From NCBI GenBank assembly GCA_050951805.1, contig JBMNJT010000002.1, positions 192,001-256,000 on the forward strand: DNA of 64,000 nt. Direction: 5' to 3'. The notes beneath the pieces were generated by a model, which made no database searches, was not told the origin of the DNA, and was given only the letters and a program-made list of their open reading frames with translations. The position numbers and the translations under genes are program-made. Shown piece by piece: positions 30,496-39,929 of this stretch (its first letter is position 1; each line of letters begins with the position of its first letter). The stretch comes from Bacillota bacterium (GTDB taxonomy: Bacteria > Bacillota > DTU025).

Positions 30496-31590
30496 TTGAG
30501 CAAGTTGCGTGTAGGCGTAATAGGAACGGGCATGGCATTCGAACGGCTCCACTATCCGGCCTACGAGAGGCTTTCAGATGTTTACGAGATCGGCGCCTTG
30601 TGCGATCGGGATGCTGGCAAATTGGCGGATTGGGGACAGCGGTTAAGGTTGGGCGCTGAGAGCTTGTATACTGATTGGCGCAAGATGGTGGCCAGAGATG
30701 ACCTTGATGTGATCGACATAATGGTCCCCATCGAGCTCAACTACGCTATCACAGAAAGGGTTGCGCGGGAGCTGGCAGGCAAGCGGAAGGCGATTATCTG
30801 TGAGAAACCCTTAGCCGGCACCTTCAAGGAAGCACTTTCAGCAAGAGAGCTGGCGCAGCGATACAGTGTACTGATCATGATCGCAGAAAACTACAGGTAC
30901 AGTGAGGAAATGAACATCATTCGGGACCTCGTTGTGAGCAGGCGAGTGGGAGATCCGGTGTATTTCATATACAACCGAACCGTGGATTTCCCCTCGGACA
31001 TGTGGAAAGATGATTTTGCCGCAAGGGAGTGGCGACAGTATCCCGAGTTTCCTGGCGGCGCCATTGCCGACATGGCAGTGCACGACCTGGCCGCCATGCG
31101 CCACATTTTTGGCGCAATCGATCGACTGCAGGCTTTCGGCAGGCCGCAAGATGCGGAGTTCTCTCCATACAGTGTAATAGTGGTAAACATGCTCTTTGCA
31201 AGTGGCATGATCGGCCAATTCAGCTTCTTTTGCTCCGGCAAGGAGATGCAGCGCCCTCTTGTGGGGTTCAGGATCTTCGGCACCGAAGGAATGATCTATC
31301 TGGAGGACCGGAACTCAGGAGTGATAAATGTCGCTTACAACGACAGGCGTTCGGAACAGATCCCTTATGATCCCCAGAAAGCCTACTACAATGAGCTGCT
31401 CAACCTCGCCAACGCCCTTAGAGGAAAGGAGCCGGTAAGTGTACCGCCGGAGATGGAATATGGAGACCTGAAAACGGTCAGAGACATACTAAAGTCCATT
31501 CAGGAGCAGAAGATCGTCACTGTGGACAAGACTGCGGATTATCTTCCCGACTATGGCCAGCCGGGACGCGAAGGGCTATGGCTACAGTAG
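30496..31590 (+). CDS. Gfo/Idh/MocA oxidoreductase
   Basis: 'GVIGTG', 'CEKP', 'AENYRY', 'D.AVHD'. Confidence 0.9.
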   Translation: MSKLRVGVIGTGMAFERLHYPAYERLSDVYEIGALCDRDAGKLADWGQRLRLGAESLYTDWRKMVARDDLDVIDIMVPIELNYAITERVARELAGKRKAIICEKPLAGTFKEALSARELAQRYSVLIMIAENYRYSEEMNIIRDLVVSRRVGDPVYFIYNRTVDFPSDMWKDDFAAREWRQYPEFPGGAIADMAVHDLAAMRHIFGAIDRLQAFGRPQDAEFSPYSVIVVNMLFASGMIGQFSFFCSGKEMQRPLVGFRIFGTEGMIYLEDRNSGVINVAYNDRRSEQIPYDPQKAYYNELLNLANALRGKEPVSVPPEMEYGDLKTVRDILKSIQEQKIVTVDKTADYLPDYGQPGREGLWLQ

Positions 31591-31710
31591 GCTAGCCTCA
31601 AGACGCGTCACATGGAACGGGCGGGGCTGGCGGCATAGCTCGGAGCCAAGGAGTCAACGTCATTTTGACAAGAAATCTGGCTGTATGGCCTCCATATGGA
31701 TTCCGCCGGC

Positions 31711-31740
31711 GGGCCGGGCTTGTGCCCGGCTTCTTCATTT
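31711..31740 (+). terminator. Rho-independent terminator
   Basis: GGGCCGGGC-TTGT-GCCCGGCTT followed by CTTCATTT. Confidence 0.6.
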
Positions 31741-31786
31741 AGTGCGCCATAAGGGGATAAGAAGTTGTGGCGGTTGTTTCTTCGGC

Positions 31787-32020
31787 CTAACGTTCAGTTT
31801 TGTTGCTAGGAGCGGATTTGTGCGATCCGGCATCTGCGACAAAAGGCTCTAGGTCTGAACGGAGGATTCTCCAATCCCGTCCTCGCTTGATGCCATGGAG
31901 ACGGCCGTCTCGCATCATTTTCTGTATAGTTGTGGTCGAAACGGCTAGTACTTCCGCGGCTTTGTCTATCGTTACCGTCCTAGGTTTGGTTGAAACGGCT
32001 TTCCACTTTTTCTCGGTCAT
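31787..32020 (-). CDS. Excisionase-like (HTH_17) DNA-binding protein
   Basis: 'TIDKAAEVLAVS..TI....RDGRL.G.K.GRDWRI..SDL'; GGAGG RBS. Confidence 0.8.
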   Translation of the reverse strand: MTEKKWKAVSTKPRTVTIDKAAEVLAVSTTTIQKMMRDGRLHGIKRGRDWRILRSDLEPFVADAGSHKSAPSNKTER

Positions 32021-32186
32021 GATGACACCTCCACTACTTATAATAACATAAAGCCACTCGAAGGAGGTTATGGCCACCAGAATGGGAACAAAATGAATAC
32101 CGCTCGACAATTCTATTATGGTAGGATGTTCTTGAAGTAGCCATTCATTGGCAGTTCCAATCTGGCGCGAGGAGGCACAAAATACC

Positions 32187-32837
32187 ATGTTCAAGGCCAG
32201 GTATCTACCTTTACTGCTTTTAGCGCTCATATTCATAATGTCGATCTTTGTGTACAGGGTGCTCCCCGATAGAGTCCCAATGCACATGAACTGGAAGGGC
32301 GAGATTGACCGTTACGGGTCGAAGGCGGAAGGGGCCTTTTTCTTTCCCGTCGTTATACTCATTGTTCATCTGATAATGTCGTTGGTCTTCAGGGCCTACA
32401 TAAACAGTATCGATGCGGACGCCCGTAGCGTTGCCGCGGATAGACTTGGCATCTTCAAAAGCCTTTTGATTCTGCTTTTTGCGGCCATGTATGCAGACTT
32501 CGTAATGGTCGCCTTGGGCAGGCCGTCCAGTATGTACGAGTTTCTTGGCATCCCTGTTGCACTGCTTTTCTATTACACAGGCGTTCTGATGAAGGATACG
32601 CCCAGAAATGGGATAATGGGGGTAAGGACGAAGTGGTCGATGGCGGATGATGAAGTATGGGTGAAGACTCACCACATGGCGTCGACGGTGTACCGTGTGA
32701 GCGCTCTGTTCCCACTGCTCTCCCTGGCATGGCCGAACCTCTTTTGGTTGTGGCTTGCGGTTCCATTGATCCTGGCTCCCACCGTGATGATATTTGCATC
32801 GAGGCGTTACTATATGGAGCTGGTCGGAAGGAAATGA
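32187..32837 (+). CDS. SdpI/DUF1648 family membrane protein
   Basis: 'LPDRVPMH.N..G..D.YG.K', 'N...GVRT.WS...EVW.KTH'. Confidence 0.88.
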   Translation: MFKARYLPLLLLALIFIMSIFVYRVLPDRVPMHMNWKGEIDRYGSKAEGAFFFPVVILIVHLIMSLVFRAYINSIDADARSVAADRLGIFKSLLILLFAAMYADFVMVALGRPSSMYEFLGIPVALLFYYTGVLMKDTPRNGIMGVRTKWSMADDEVWVKTHHMASTVYRVSALFPLLSLAWPNLFWLWLAVPLILAPTVMIFASRRYYMELVGRK

Positions 32838-32938
32838 TCGAACAGTTGCAAAATGGCGGCGGAATCGCGGAAGCCTTGCGGGCTGCAGTTGACTCATGCC
32901 GGATTTGACCTGAAAACCAGGTAATTGCGAGAATCTTC

Positions 32939-33472
32939 ATGAGAAGAGGACATCGGGTTGCAGGGATTGCGATTGTTATTGCCATGTCCGCTATATTAAC
33001 TATTTTGGCCGATGGCGCCATACAGCTGACCATAAACGGGCGGGCCCCTTGAGGCCGATAATGTCCCAGAGTTGACAATGGCAAGGTGGTGGTGCTGTTG
33101 CAGAGGCGCTTGGGGATTTGCGGGCCCAAAACATCGTCGCTTGAGCGGCATATCAGACTTTTGGAGGAAGCGATATCGCCATCTACTCCCAGGGAGGCCG
33201 TGGAGAAGTGGGCCGAGACGCGCAATTGGGCGCTCCAGTATGCGGTGATCTATCCTGAATTGCGAGAGGTCGCAAGATGTTTGGTGGTATTCGACTCTTC
33301 AACATCTACAGGACCTACCGTGGCCAGAATATCTGTTGAAAGAGACAAGAATCGAGCCAGGCTCTCGCGGCATATGTCGGAGGAGAGGTGGCATGTGGTA
33401 AAGACTTCCGTAAAGCCGGAGTCAGACTGCCAGTTGAAGCGATTGGTCAAGGACTTGATTGAGGAGAAGTAA
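32939..33472 (+). pseudogene. Degenerate exported protein (copper amine oxidase N-terminal/stalk-like)
   Basis: Signal-like start, 'IQLTING', in-frame stops, then 'PSTPREAVEKWA..RN.ALQYAV..PELR'. Confidence 0.5.
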
Positions 33473-33505
33473 GATCTTCATTTTCGACGATTAGCCATGA
33501 AATCA

Positions 33506-33542
33506 GCAGGAAGCAGGCATCATCTCGCTGCCTGCTTCCTGC
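33506..33542. terminator. Perfect 14-bp hairpin between convergent genes
   Basis: GCAGGAAGCAGGCA-N9-TGCCTGCTTCCTGC. Confidence 0.65.
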
Positions 33543-33685
33543 GGGAAATACTCTTGCTTGTCATCAATGGGAGTTGCCGACCGAAAGCTCCTCGCCCAGC
33601 TGAGCTTTGAAGGCCTCAATATAGATTCCAACAGCCACTATAGACATGCCGCCTTCACTGGAAGGGTCAGGCGCCCCGCTGATTT

Positions 33686-35092
33686 CTATTCATCCACAAC
33701 CAAAGCCTCGTAGAGCACGCGCCCTGTTGCGTTTGCCGGCTGTCTGAGCCCCATCAGCCTCGACATAGTTGGCGCTGCGTCGATGATCTGCACTGGCGAA
33801 TCGATGACGACTCCCTGCTTCACACCGGCTCCGCTTATGAGCATGAATACATGCCGGGAAGATTCTTCGCCCGAGTCATGTTGCCCCCCAAGGCCGATTA
33901 GTTTTCCGGAAGTGTGGAAATGGTTGGGCGGCTCAGGCCAAATCATGAGAGATCCGAGGGACGGATGGGCTCCTTCTTTCTTCAGGTCATCTGCCGTGAA
34001 ATAGCCGCCTACATACGGCTTTGAAGCCAATGTATCTATAAGAGCCTTGTACTGGGCGTCAGAGATCGCGTTTCTGAAATAGAACTGTACCGAAAGGCCG
34101 GCGCTTACCAGCACTATGTCCGTGTTCTTGCTGGCACGCTCGTTCTTGCCCAAGAACTCGCACTTGTAGCCGAGACTTTCCACGGTCTTTATGAGATCTT
34201 GGAGGCTCGATGGTCCCCAGTAGGGAGTCATGCCGTGGTCTGCTGTGAGGATGATCGCTGTCTCCTCGAATATTCCTAGTTTTTTGAGGGCGTCGATCAG
34301 GTTCCCCAGCCCCTCATCCATGTCGATCATGACTTTGGTCATCTTTGCCTTCCACGAATCATAATCTCGCGCCACTGAAAACCCGTAGCCAGGCGAAGCG
34401 TTGTGCCCTGCAGCGTCGAGGTCATCGGCGTAGATCGCCATGAAGGTGGGCCTTTCGGCGGGGGTTATCATCTTTCCATTCATCCCGAACACAGGTTTCA
34501 AATTGAGAATCTTCTCCGCTTCTGCCACGCGCTTCAACCATCCCGCGCCAGGCTGGATATACAGATGGTAGGGATCGTCAGTATAGGTTCCCCGCTCCTG
34601 CAACATGAATTGCTGCACAGATGCGCACGGTAATCCGCTCTTCTCCACGACCTCGGCAATGGTCTCAGCGTCATTGTGACGGCCGGTCTCCTTAACGAGG
34701 TTTTCCACAGGGTCGTAGTAACGGTATGTATTCCCGTGCACAGCGGGCCATGTGCCAGTGACTATGCTCGTTTGCATGGGGTTGGTAATGCCGGGAATAC
34801 CGTTTCGGGCATTGGTGAAGAGTGCTCCTCGCGAAGCAAGATAATTCAGGTTGGGAGTGCCCGGTTGGCCGGGTGAATTAGCCCATTCATAATACCTGTA
34901 AGCACAGGCATCCCAGTTGATGTAGATGACGTACTTGGCCAGAGCGTTCTGACCAAGGGCATCTTGCCCGGCTGCGCTGTCTGCACCGGGCTTTTCGCTA
35001 TTTGCCCAGGTTGTTGAGACCAGTGTCAATGCCAAAACAACAATGATAATGCTGCATAAAACTGTGCCGATTGTTGCCATCCCCTTTTTCAT
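33686..35092 (-). CDS. Exported nucleotide pyrophosphatase/phosphodiesterase (alkaline phosphatase superfamily)
   Basis: Signal peptide; 'INWDA', Thr nucleophile 'ITNP..TSIVTG..P..HG', 'D..GH', 'TADHG', 'GQH'. Confidence 0.85.
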   Translation of the reverse strand: MKKGMATIGTVLCSIIIVVLALTLVSTTWANSEKPGADSAAGQDALGQNALAKYVIYINWDACAYRYYEWANSPGQPGTPNLNYLASRGALFTNARNGIPGITNPMQTSIVTGTWPAVHGNTYRYYDPVENLVKETGRHNDAETIAEVVEKSGLPCASVQQFMLQERGTYTDDPYHLYIQPGAGWLKRVAEAEKILNLKPVFGMNGKMITPAERPTFMAIYADDLDAAGHNASPGYGFSVARDYDSWKAKMTKVMIDMDEGLGNLIDALKKLGIFEETAIILTADHGMTPYWGPSSLQDLIKTVESLGYKCEFLGKNERASKNTDIVLVSAGLSVQFYFRNAISDAQYKALIDTLASKPYVGGYFTADDLKKEGAHPSLGSLMIWPEPPNHFHTSGKLIGLGGQHDSGEESSRHVFMLISGAGVKQGVVIDSPVQIIDAAPTMSRLMGLRQPANATGRVLYEALVVDE

Positions 35093-35239
35093 GCCATCCG
35101 GCGCTCATCGACGTATCCTTGTGGAAACGTGGGGGAGAGCGCCTTCCCTCCTTACTCTGCTAGAATTATGCTCTGCGCACAGAGGGTGCGCCAGGAATGC
35201 TCACTGTGCCCCGGACGGCTTTGGTCCGGCGGCTACTGG

Positions 35240-36352
35240 TCATCCGACATCTTCGAATACGCGACTCCAGTAGAATTTGTCGAACACGAGCCCGGCGAGG
35301 CCCAGTGCAATTCCCATATCGCCAAGCTGTGAAGGGACTAACCGCACGTTCTTGCGCGGGGTCAATACCATGCGATCTCGAACTACCGTTTCCACCTGTG
35401 ATACAAACTGAGGTTCTTGGCCTATATCTCCCCCAAGCACCACCAGTTCCGGATCGAGCAGGTTCATCAGATTCACAATGCCGATTGCGGCGCAATCCAC
35501 GATAGAATCGCTTTCGTTGTTTCGCCTCACCTCGTCAATGGCTGGGTATGTAAGCGTCACCAGACAGCCTCTGTTCCCACAAGAGCATTGCTTCCCATGG
35601 ATGTCCACGGTCATGTGCCCAATCTCGCCAGCCTGCATTCGCGCGCCAGCGTAAGGTTTGCCTCCCAAGATCAGCCCTGCCCCCAGCCCGCCCTCGCAAA
35701 CCATGACGTATACGAAATCGTCAGCGCTTCGGGCGAGGCCATACGAGCGTTCTCCCCACGCTGCGGCACGCACATCCCTTTCCACATAAGAAGGCAATGA
35801 GAACTCTTGCTGCAAGCGGGCCGCTAGAGGTAGCTCTTTCAGACGAAGGCGGGTCGACTTGATAACGGTGCCGGTCGTTGTGTCAACTATGCCAGGAATG
35901 GACACGCCTATTCCTGCCGCCTGTCCGCCAGACCGTGGCAGCCTGGCAAGGGTTTTCGCTACTATCTGAAAGATCTGGTGGTAGGTGTCTTCCGGACTTG
36001 TCAGGTCGAGCTTGTCCCTTGCAGTCCAGACTGGGTTGCCCGCTAGATCTATCACGCCGTAGAGCACGCGGGATACCTGAACATCGATTATGGCGGCACA
36101 GCTTGCTGAGGCGTCGAGGTCGAGCATAATGGGACGGCGTCCGCCGCTGCTGGCAGCAGTGCCCTTTTGCTCTCGCACAATGCCGGATTCCACCAGTTCT
36201 GCTACTATGCTAGACACCGTTGATGGGCTGAGCATGGTTAGCCTGGCAATATCGGCACGCGACAGAGTCCCATATTTCCTAATGCAATCGATGACTACAT
36301 CTCTATTGAGCTTCTTGGCGAGCGCGGAATCAGCAGTGCGTTTGAGTTTCAT
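35240..36352 (-). CDS. ROK family transcriptional repressor
   Basis: N-terminal HTH 'SRADIA...LS.STVS', 'GGRRP', 'GEIGH', 'CSCGNRGC'. Confidence 0.93.
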   Translation of the reverse strand: MKLKRTADSALAKKLNRDVVIDCIRKYGTLSRADIARLTMLSPSTVSSIVAELVESGIVREQKGTAASSGGRRPIMLDLDASASCAAIIDVQVSRVLYGVIDLAGNPVWTARDKLDLTSPEDTYHQIFQIVAKTLARLPRSGGQAAGIGVSIPGIVDTTTGTVIKSTRLRLKELPLAARLQQEFSLPSYVERDVRAAAWGERSYGLARSADDFVYVMVCEGGLGAGLILGGKPYAGARMQAGEIGHMTVDIHGKQCSCGNRGCLVTLTYPAIDEVRRNNESDSIVDCAAIGIVNLMNLLDPELVVLGGDIGQEPQFVSQVETVVRDRMVLTPRKNVRLVPSQLGDMGIALGLAGLVFDKFYWSRVFEDVG

Positions 36353-36593
36353 ATGTGCTTACCTCTCAGCGTGTAGTCAGGTTGCGCTATCGAACTGGCA
36401 CAAACGGCGCGAATGACGATTGCGCCAGTGGCGTGATTTTTAGAGTGGCGAATAAATTCGCCATGCAACTAAACGGCTTCGAATGAAATGCCTTTACATT
36501 ATCATATGGTACGTTTAGTGACAATGCAAGATTAAGATGACGCCAGAGACAGATCTGGTCTGAACTGGCCATTTAACGTGAACTTGACAATCG

Positions 36594-36622
36594 TTGACTC
36601 TGCTGAGGCCAGGTGGTATATT
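36594..36622 (+). promoter_or_regulatory. SigA promoter with extended -10 for the catabolic operon
   Basis: TTGACT-N17-TATATT with TG one base before the -10. Confidence 0.7.
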
Positions 36623-36794
36623 AATAGTACATTGGCATGGCAGAAGCGCCAGTACATTCGACTCTCGCAGAAACTATCGGATTACGCTGGAGACGTACGA
36701 CCCTGCATTCCCGCGATGGGAATCGGCCGGGAAAACTCCCGGTGACTCTACGACATCCATATGGGTGTTACAAGATCTAAAGGAGGGTGCAGTC

Positions 36795-37661
36795 ATGTCT
36801 AACAAGAAGACAGGAACGATTGTCGCAACCGCCGCTTTGGCCGCGATCATGCTGCTGGCAAGCATAGGCGTTTCGGCGTCAGCGGCCGACATCTTCGCCG
36901 GATGGAGCGAGCCCATGCTCTGGGAGCATTCCGGTGGCGACACAGAGAGGATGCCATATTTGGCGGGCAACGATCTTTACTTTGCAAAGGATTACGACAT
37001 CTACTGGTCGACCTTTGACGAAACCACAGGCAAGTGGTCCGAGCCGGAGCCGGTCCCGGGACCGATCAACACCGCAGCCAACGAAGCCTGTCCCTGCGTA
37101 GTTGGAAACGGAAAGGTCCTCTATTTTTCGCGTTATGACCCCATCACGGATTACGATTTCTATCGTTCAGAATGGGACGAGGAAAAAGCCGAATGGGGCG
37201 AGCCCGAGCTTATCGAAGAACTGAGCACCGACGGACAGGACTGGGCGATACACGTAAACGAAGATGAGACGATAGCGTATGTGATATCGAAGATACCTTA
37301 CGACGAGGCAACCGTTGTGGGCGGCCGCGACATCTGGAAATCCGTCAAAGTCGACGGTGTGTGGCAGACCCCGGTCAACCTTGGAGAGCCGCTCAACAGC
37401 AACGGTGAGGAATGGAGCATCTTCGTCGATTACATGGGCCGTTTTTGGATAGATGGCAACCGCGCGGACTCCCTCGGCAACTTCGATATATATGTAGCCG
37501 AGAACGAGAAAGCGACTCCGATCAATCTTGGCGCGCCAATCAACACTGACGTGGCGGAGCGCGAACCCACAATAAACGAGAAATTCTTCTTCTTCGCTGC
37601 CAACAAGAGAGAGGGAGGCCATGGTGGCTGGGATCTTTGGTACATGGTGAGGCTGCCATAG
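36795..37661 (+). CDS. Exported acidic beta-propeller protein (PD40/TolB-like repeats)
   Basis: Signal peptide; repeats 'W..P...G.PINT...E..P' and 'G..DI(W/Y)'. Confidence 0.7.
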   Translation: MSNKKTGTIVATAALAAIMLLASIGVSASAADIFAGWSEPMLWEHSGGDTERMPYLAGNDLYFAKDYDIYWSTFDETTGKWSEPEPVPGPINTAANEACPCVVGNGKVLYFSRYDPITDYDFYRSEWDEEKAEWGEPELIEELSTDGQDWAIHVNEDETIAYVISKIPYDEATVVGGRDIWKSVKVDGVWQTPVNLGEPLNSNGEEWSIFVDYMGRFWIDGNRADSLGNFDIYVAENEKATPINLGAPINTDVAEREPTINEKFFFFAANKREGGHGGWDLWYMVRLP

Positions 37662-37808
37662 GCTTTTCGTCTGCTCAAATTGCAGCGATCACAATGTCAA
37701 TTGGTTAGGCTCGACGTGAAGGCAGCTTGAGGTTGGCATCGTAGCGCGAAGGCGGCGGCCTTGGAAATCGACCTAATACAGACATGGATTGTCAAGGAGG
37801 GCTATTGG

Positions 37809-38840
37809 GTGCATACCGTGGCTATCTGGGGAGCCGGCACCATGGGCCGGGTCCATGCAAAGCGTTATGCCATGACTGGCGAAGCTCAACTGAAATACAT
37901 AATAGACAACGATCTTGAGAAAGCGACCCGGCTTGCACAACCTTTTGATGCCGTTGCAACGGTCGATCCAGGCCCCGCTGTTCGCGATCCGCAAGTGGAC
38001 GTGATCGATGTCTGCCTTCCCACTTATCTTCACAGAGAATCAGTGGAGCTTGCCGCAGGCCATGGCAAGCACGTATTCTGCGAGAAACCTATAGCACTTA
38101 CACTAGATGACGCAAATGCCATGATTTCAACGTGCAAGTCCAATGGCGTGAAACTCGGGATAGCGCATGTAGTCCGCTATTTCCCGGAATATGAAATGGC
38201 GCGCGACATGATAGCCTCTGGCAGGCTGGGGCGCGTGGGCGTTGTGCGGCTTTCCCGCACAGGTCCGTTCCCGGGTGGATGGAACGATTGGTACGCCGAC
38301 CCCCAGCTTAGCAAGGGGCTTTTTGTAGATCTATCGATACATGATTTCGACTTTCTGAACTGGTGTTTTGGCCCTGTGGAACGAATCTGTGCGCGTAAGG
38401 TCGCAACGAGTAGGCCCCTGGAGTATGGCCTTGCAACTCTACGAATGGAATCGGGCGTCATCGCTCACGTAGAGGGCAGTTGGGCACATCCAAGGCCGTT
38501 TTCCTACAAGTTCGAGATATCTGGAAGCGAAGGCATGATAGAGTGCGACAGCGCAAAGACCAAGCCCCTAACGTTGCTCACTCTTGCACAGCCTTCCTCC
38601 GATTGCTCAAAGAATGAAAAGGCGAGAGAGGGAGGCCCCGAGGCGGGTTTGGGAGTTGCAACTTCCGAGAGTCCCCTGAGGGAGAGGGACCCGTATCTTC
38701 GAGAAATTCAGGATTTCCTGGCGTACGTTCGAGGCGAGCGGTTGCCCCGGGTTCTTCCTGAGGACGCTGTGGCGGCGTTAGAAGTCAGCCTGGCGGCGAC
38801 CCGCTCGGCGGATCTGGGAGAGGCGGTGAAGGTAAGGTGA
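37809..38840 (+). CDS. Gfo/Idh/MocA oxidoreductase
   Basis: 'GAGTMG', 'CEKP', 'DLSIHDFD'. Confidence 0.92.
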   Translation: MHTVAIWGAGTMGRVHAKRYAMTGEAQLKYIIDNDLEKATRLAQPFDAVATVDPGPAVRDPQVDVIDVCLPTYLHRESVELAAGHGKHVFCEKPIALTLDDANAMISTCKSNGVKLGIAHVVRYFPEYEMARDMIASGRLGRVGVVRLSRTGPFPGGWNDWYADPQLSKGLFVDLSIHDFDFLNWCFGPVERICARKVATSRPLEYGLATLRMESGVIAHVEGSWAHPRPFSYKFEISGSEGMIECDSAKTKPLTLLTLAQPSSDCSKNEKAREGGPEAGLGVATSESPLRERDPYLREIQDFLAYVRGERLPRVLPEDAVAALEVSLAATRSADLGEAVKVR

Positions 38841-39850
38841 CGGATGGTGCGGAGAAGAAGCTCCGCGTTGGAGTAATGAGCTTTGCGCACATGCATGCCT
38901 ACAGCTATGCCCGGGCTGTCTGCTCATTGCCCGATGCCCAGCTGGTTGGGGTTGCGGACGATGACGAGGCGAGAGGCAAAGCAGCAGCCGAGCAATACGG
39001 CATTGACTATTTCAACGACATTGAGCAGCTGTTGGATTCGGGGGTTGACGCTGTCATCGTCTGTTCCGAAAATGCTCGCCACAGAGACCACGTGGTTGCT
39101 GCGGCGAGAGCAGGCGCGCATGTACTGTGTGAAAAGCCTATTGCTGCCGATGTCTGCGACGGGGCCGAGATGATTGAGGCCTGTAGAGCCGCAGGGGTTG
39201 TGCTGGCCACTGCCTTTCCCGTCCGTCACGTGCCTGCGGTTGCGCGAACGAAACAGCTTGTGGAGGAGGGGAAGATCGGTAAGGTGTTGGCCGTCAAGGC
39301 CACAAACCACGGGCGCATGCCGGGAGGGTGGTTCATCGAGCCTGACCTTTCGGGCGGGGGCGCTGTGATCGACCATACGGTTCACGTTGCGGATCTGCTT
39401 CGGTGGATCCTCAATGACGAGTTCAAGTCGGTTTATGCGGAGATAGACACCAGGTTCTACGATTTTGACATCGATGATTGCGGCACACTCTGTCTAGAGA
39501 TGGAAAATGGCGTGTTTGCTACTTTGGACCCGAGCTGGTCGAGACCGCGAACCTATCCAACCTGGGGCGATGTTACGATGGAGATCATCGGGACTGACGG
39601 GGTTATCTCGCTGAATGCATTCGCCCAATGCTTGGTCGAGGCCAGCGATTCTCAAGGAGCCGTTGTATACAGGGGGTGGGGCGACAATTCCGATCTTGCC
39701 CTCGTTGCGGACTTCGTCTCCGCGGCACGCGAGGGACGTAGGCCCGCTGCCGACGGCGTGGACGGCCTCAGGGCGTTGGAAGTTGCTCTGGCAGCATACG
39801 AGTCTTCCAGGCTCGGGGAGGTTGTCGCACTCGATAAGTTGGATTGCTAG
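38837..39850 (+). CDS. Gfo/Idh/MocA oxidoreductase
   Basis: 'SFAHMHA', 'CEKP', 'GGGA..DHTVH'. GTGA overlap with the upstream gene. Confidence 0.92.
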   Translation: MTDGAEKKLRVGVMSFAHMHAYSYARAVCSLPDAQLVGVADDDEARGKAAAEQYGIDYFNDIEQLLDSGVDAVIVCSENARHRDHVVAAARAGAHVLCEKPIAADVCDGAEMIEACRAAGVVLATAFPVRHVPAVARTKQLVEEGKIGKVLAVKATNHGRMPGGWFIEPDLSGGGAVIDHTVHVADLLRWILNDEFKSVYAEIDTRFYDFDIDDCGTLCLEMENGVFATLDPSWSRPRTYPTWGDVTMEIIGTDGVISLNAFAQCLVEASDSQGAVVYRGWGDNSDLALVADFVSAAREGRRPAADGVDGLRALEVALAAYESSRLGEVVALDKLDC

Positions 39851-39929
39851 ACCGTGATTTGGGTATCAGTCAATTGAATTATGCGGCCGCGTCTGAGGCG
39901 CGGTCAGCAAATCCTAGGAGGCAAGAACC

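Noticed and set aside
33040-33065. In-frame TGA as selenocysteine
   Set aside because: A TAA follows three codons later, and the gene shows other signs of decay.
36450-36475. Candidate ROK operator (TAAATTCGCCATGCAACTAAA)
   Set aside because: Symmetry is too weak to call without comparative data.
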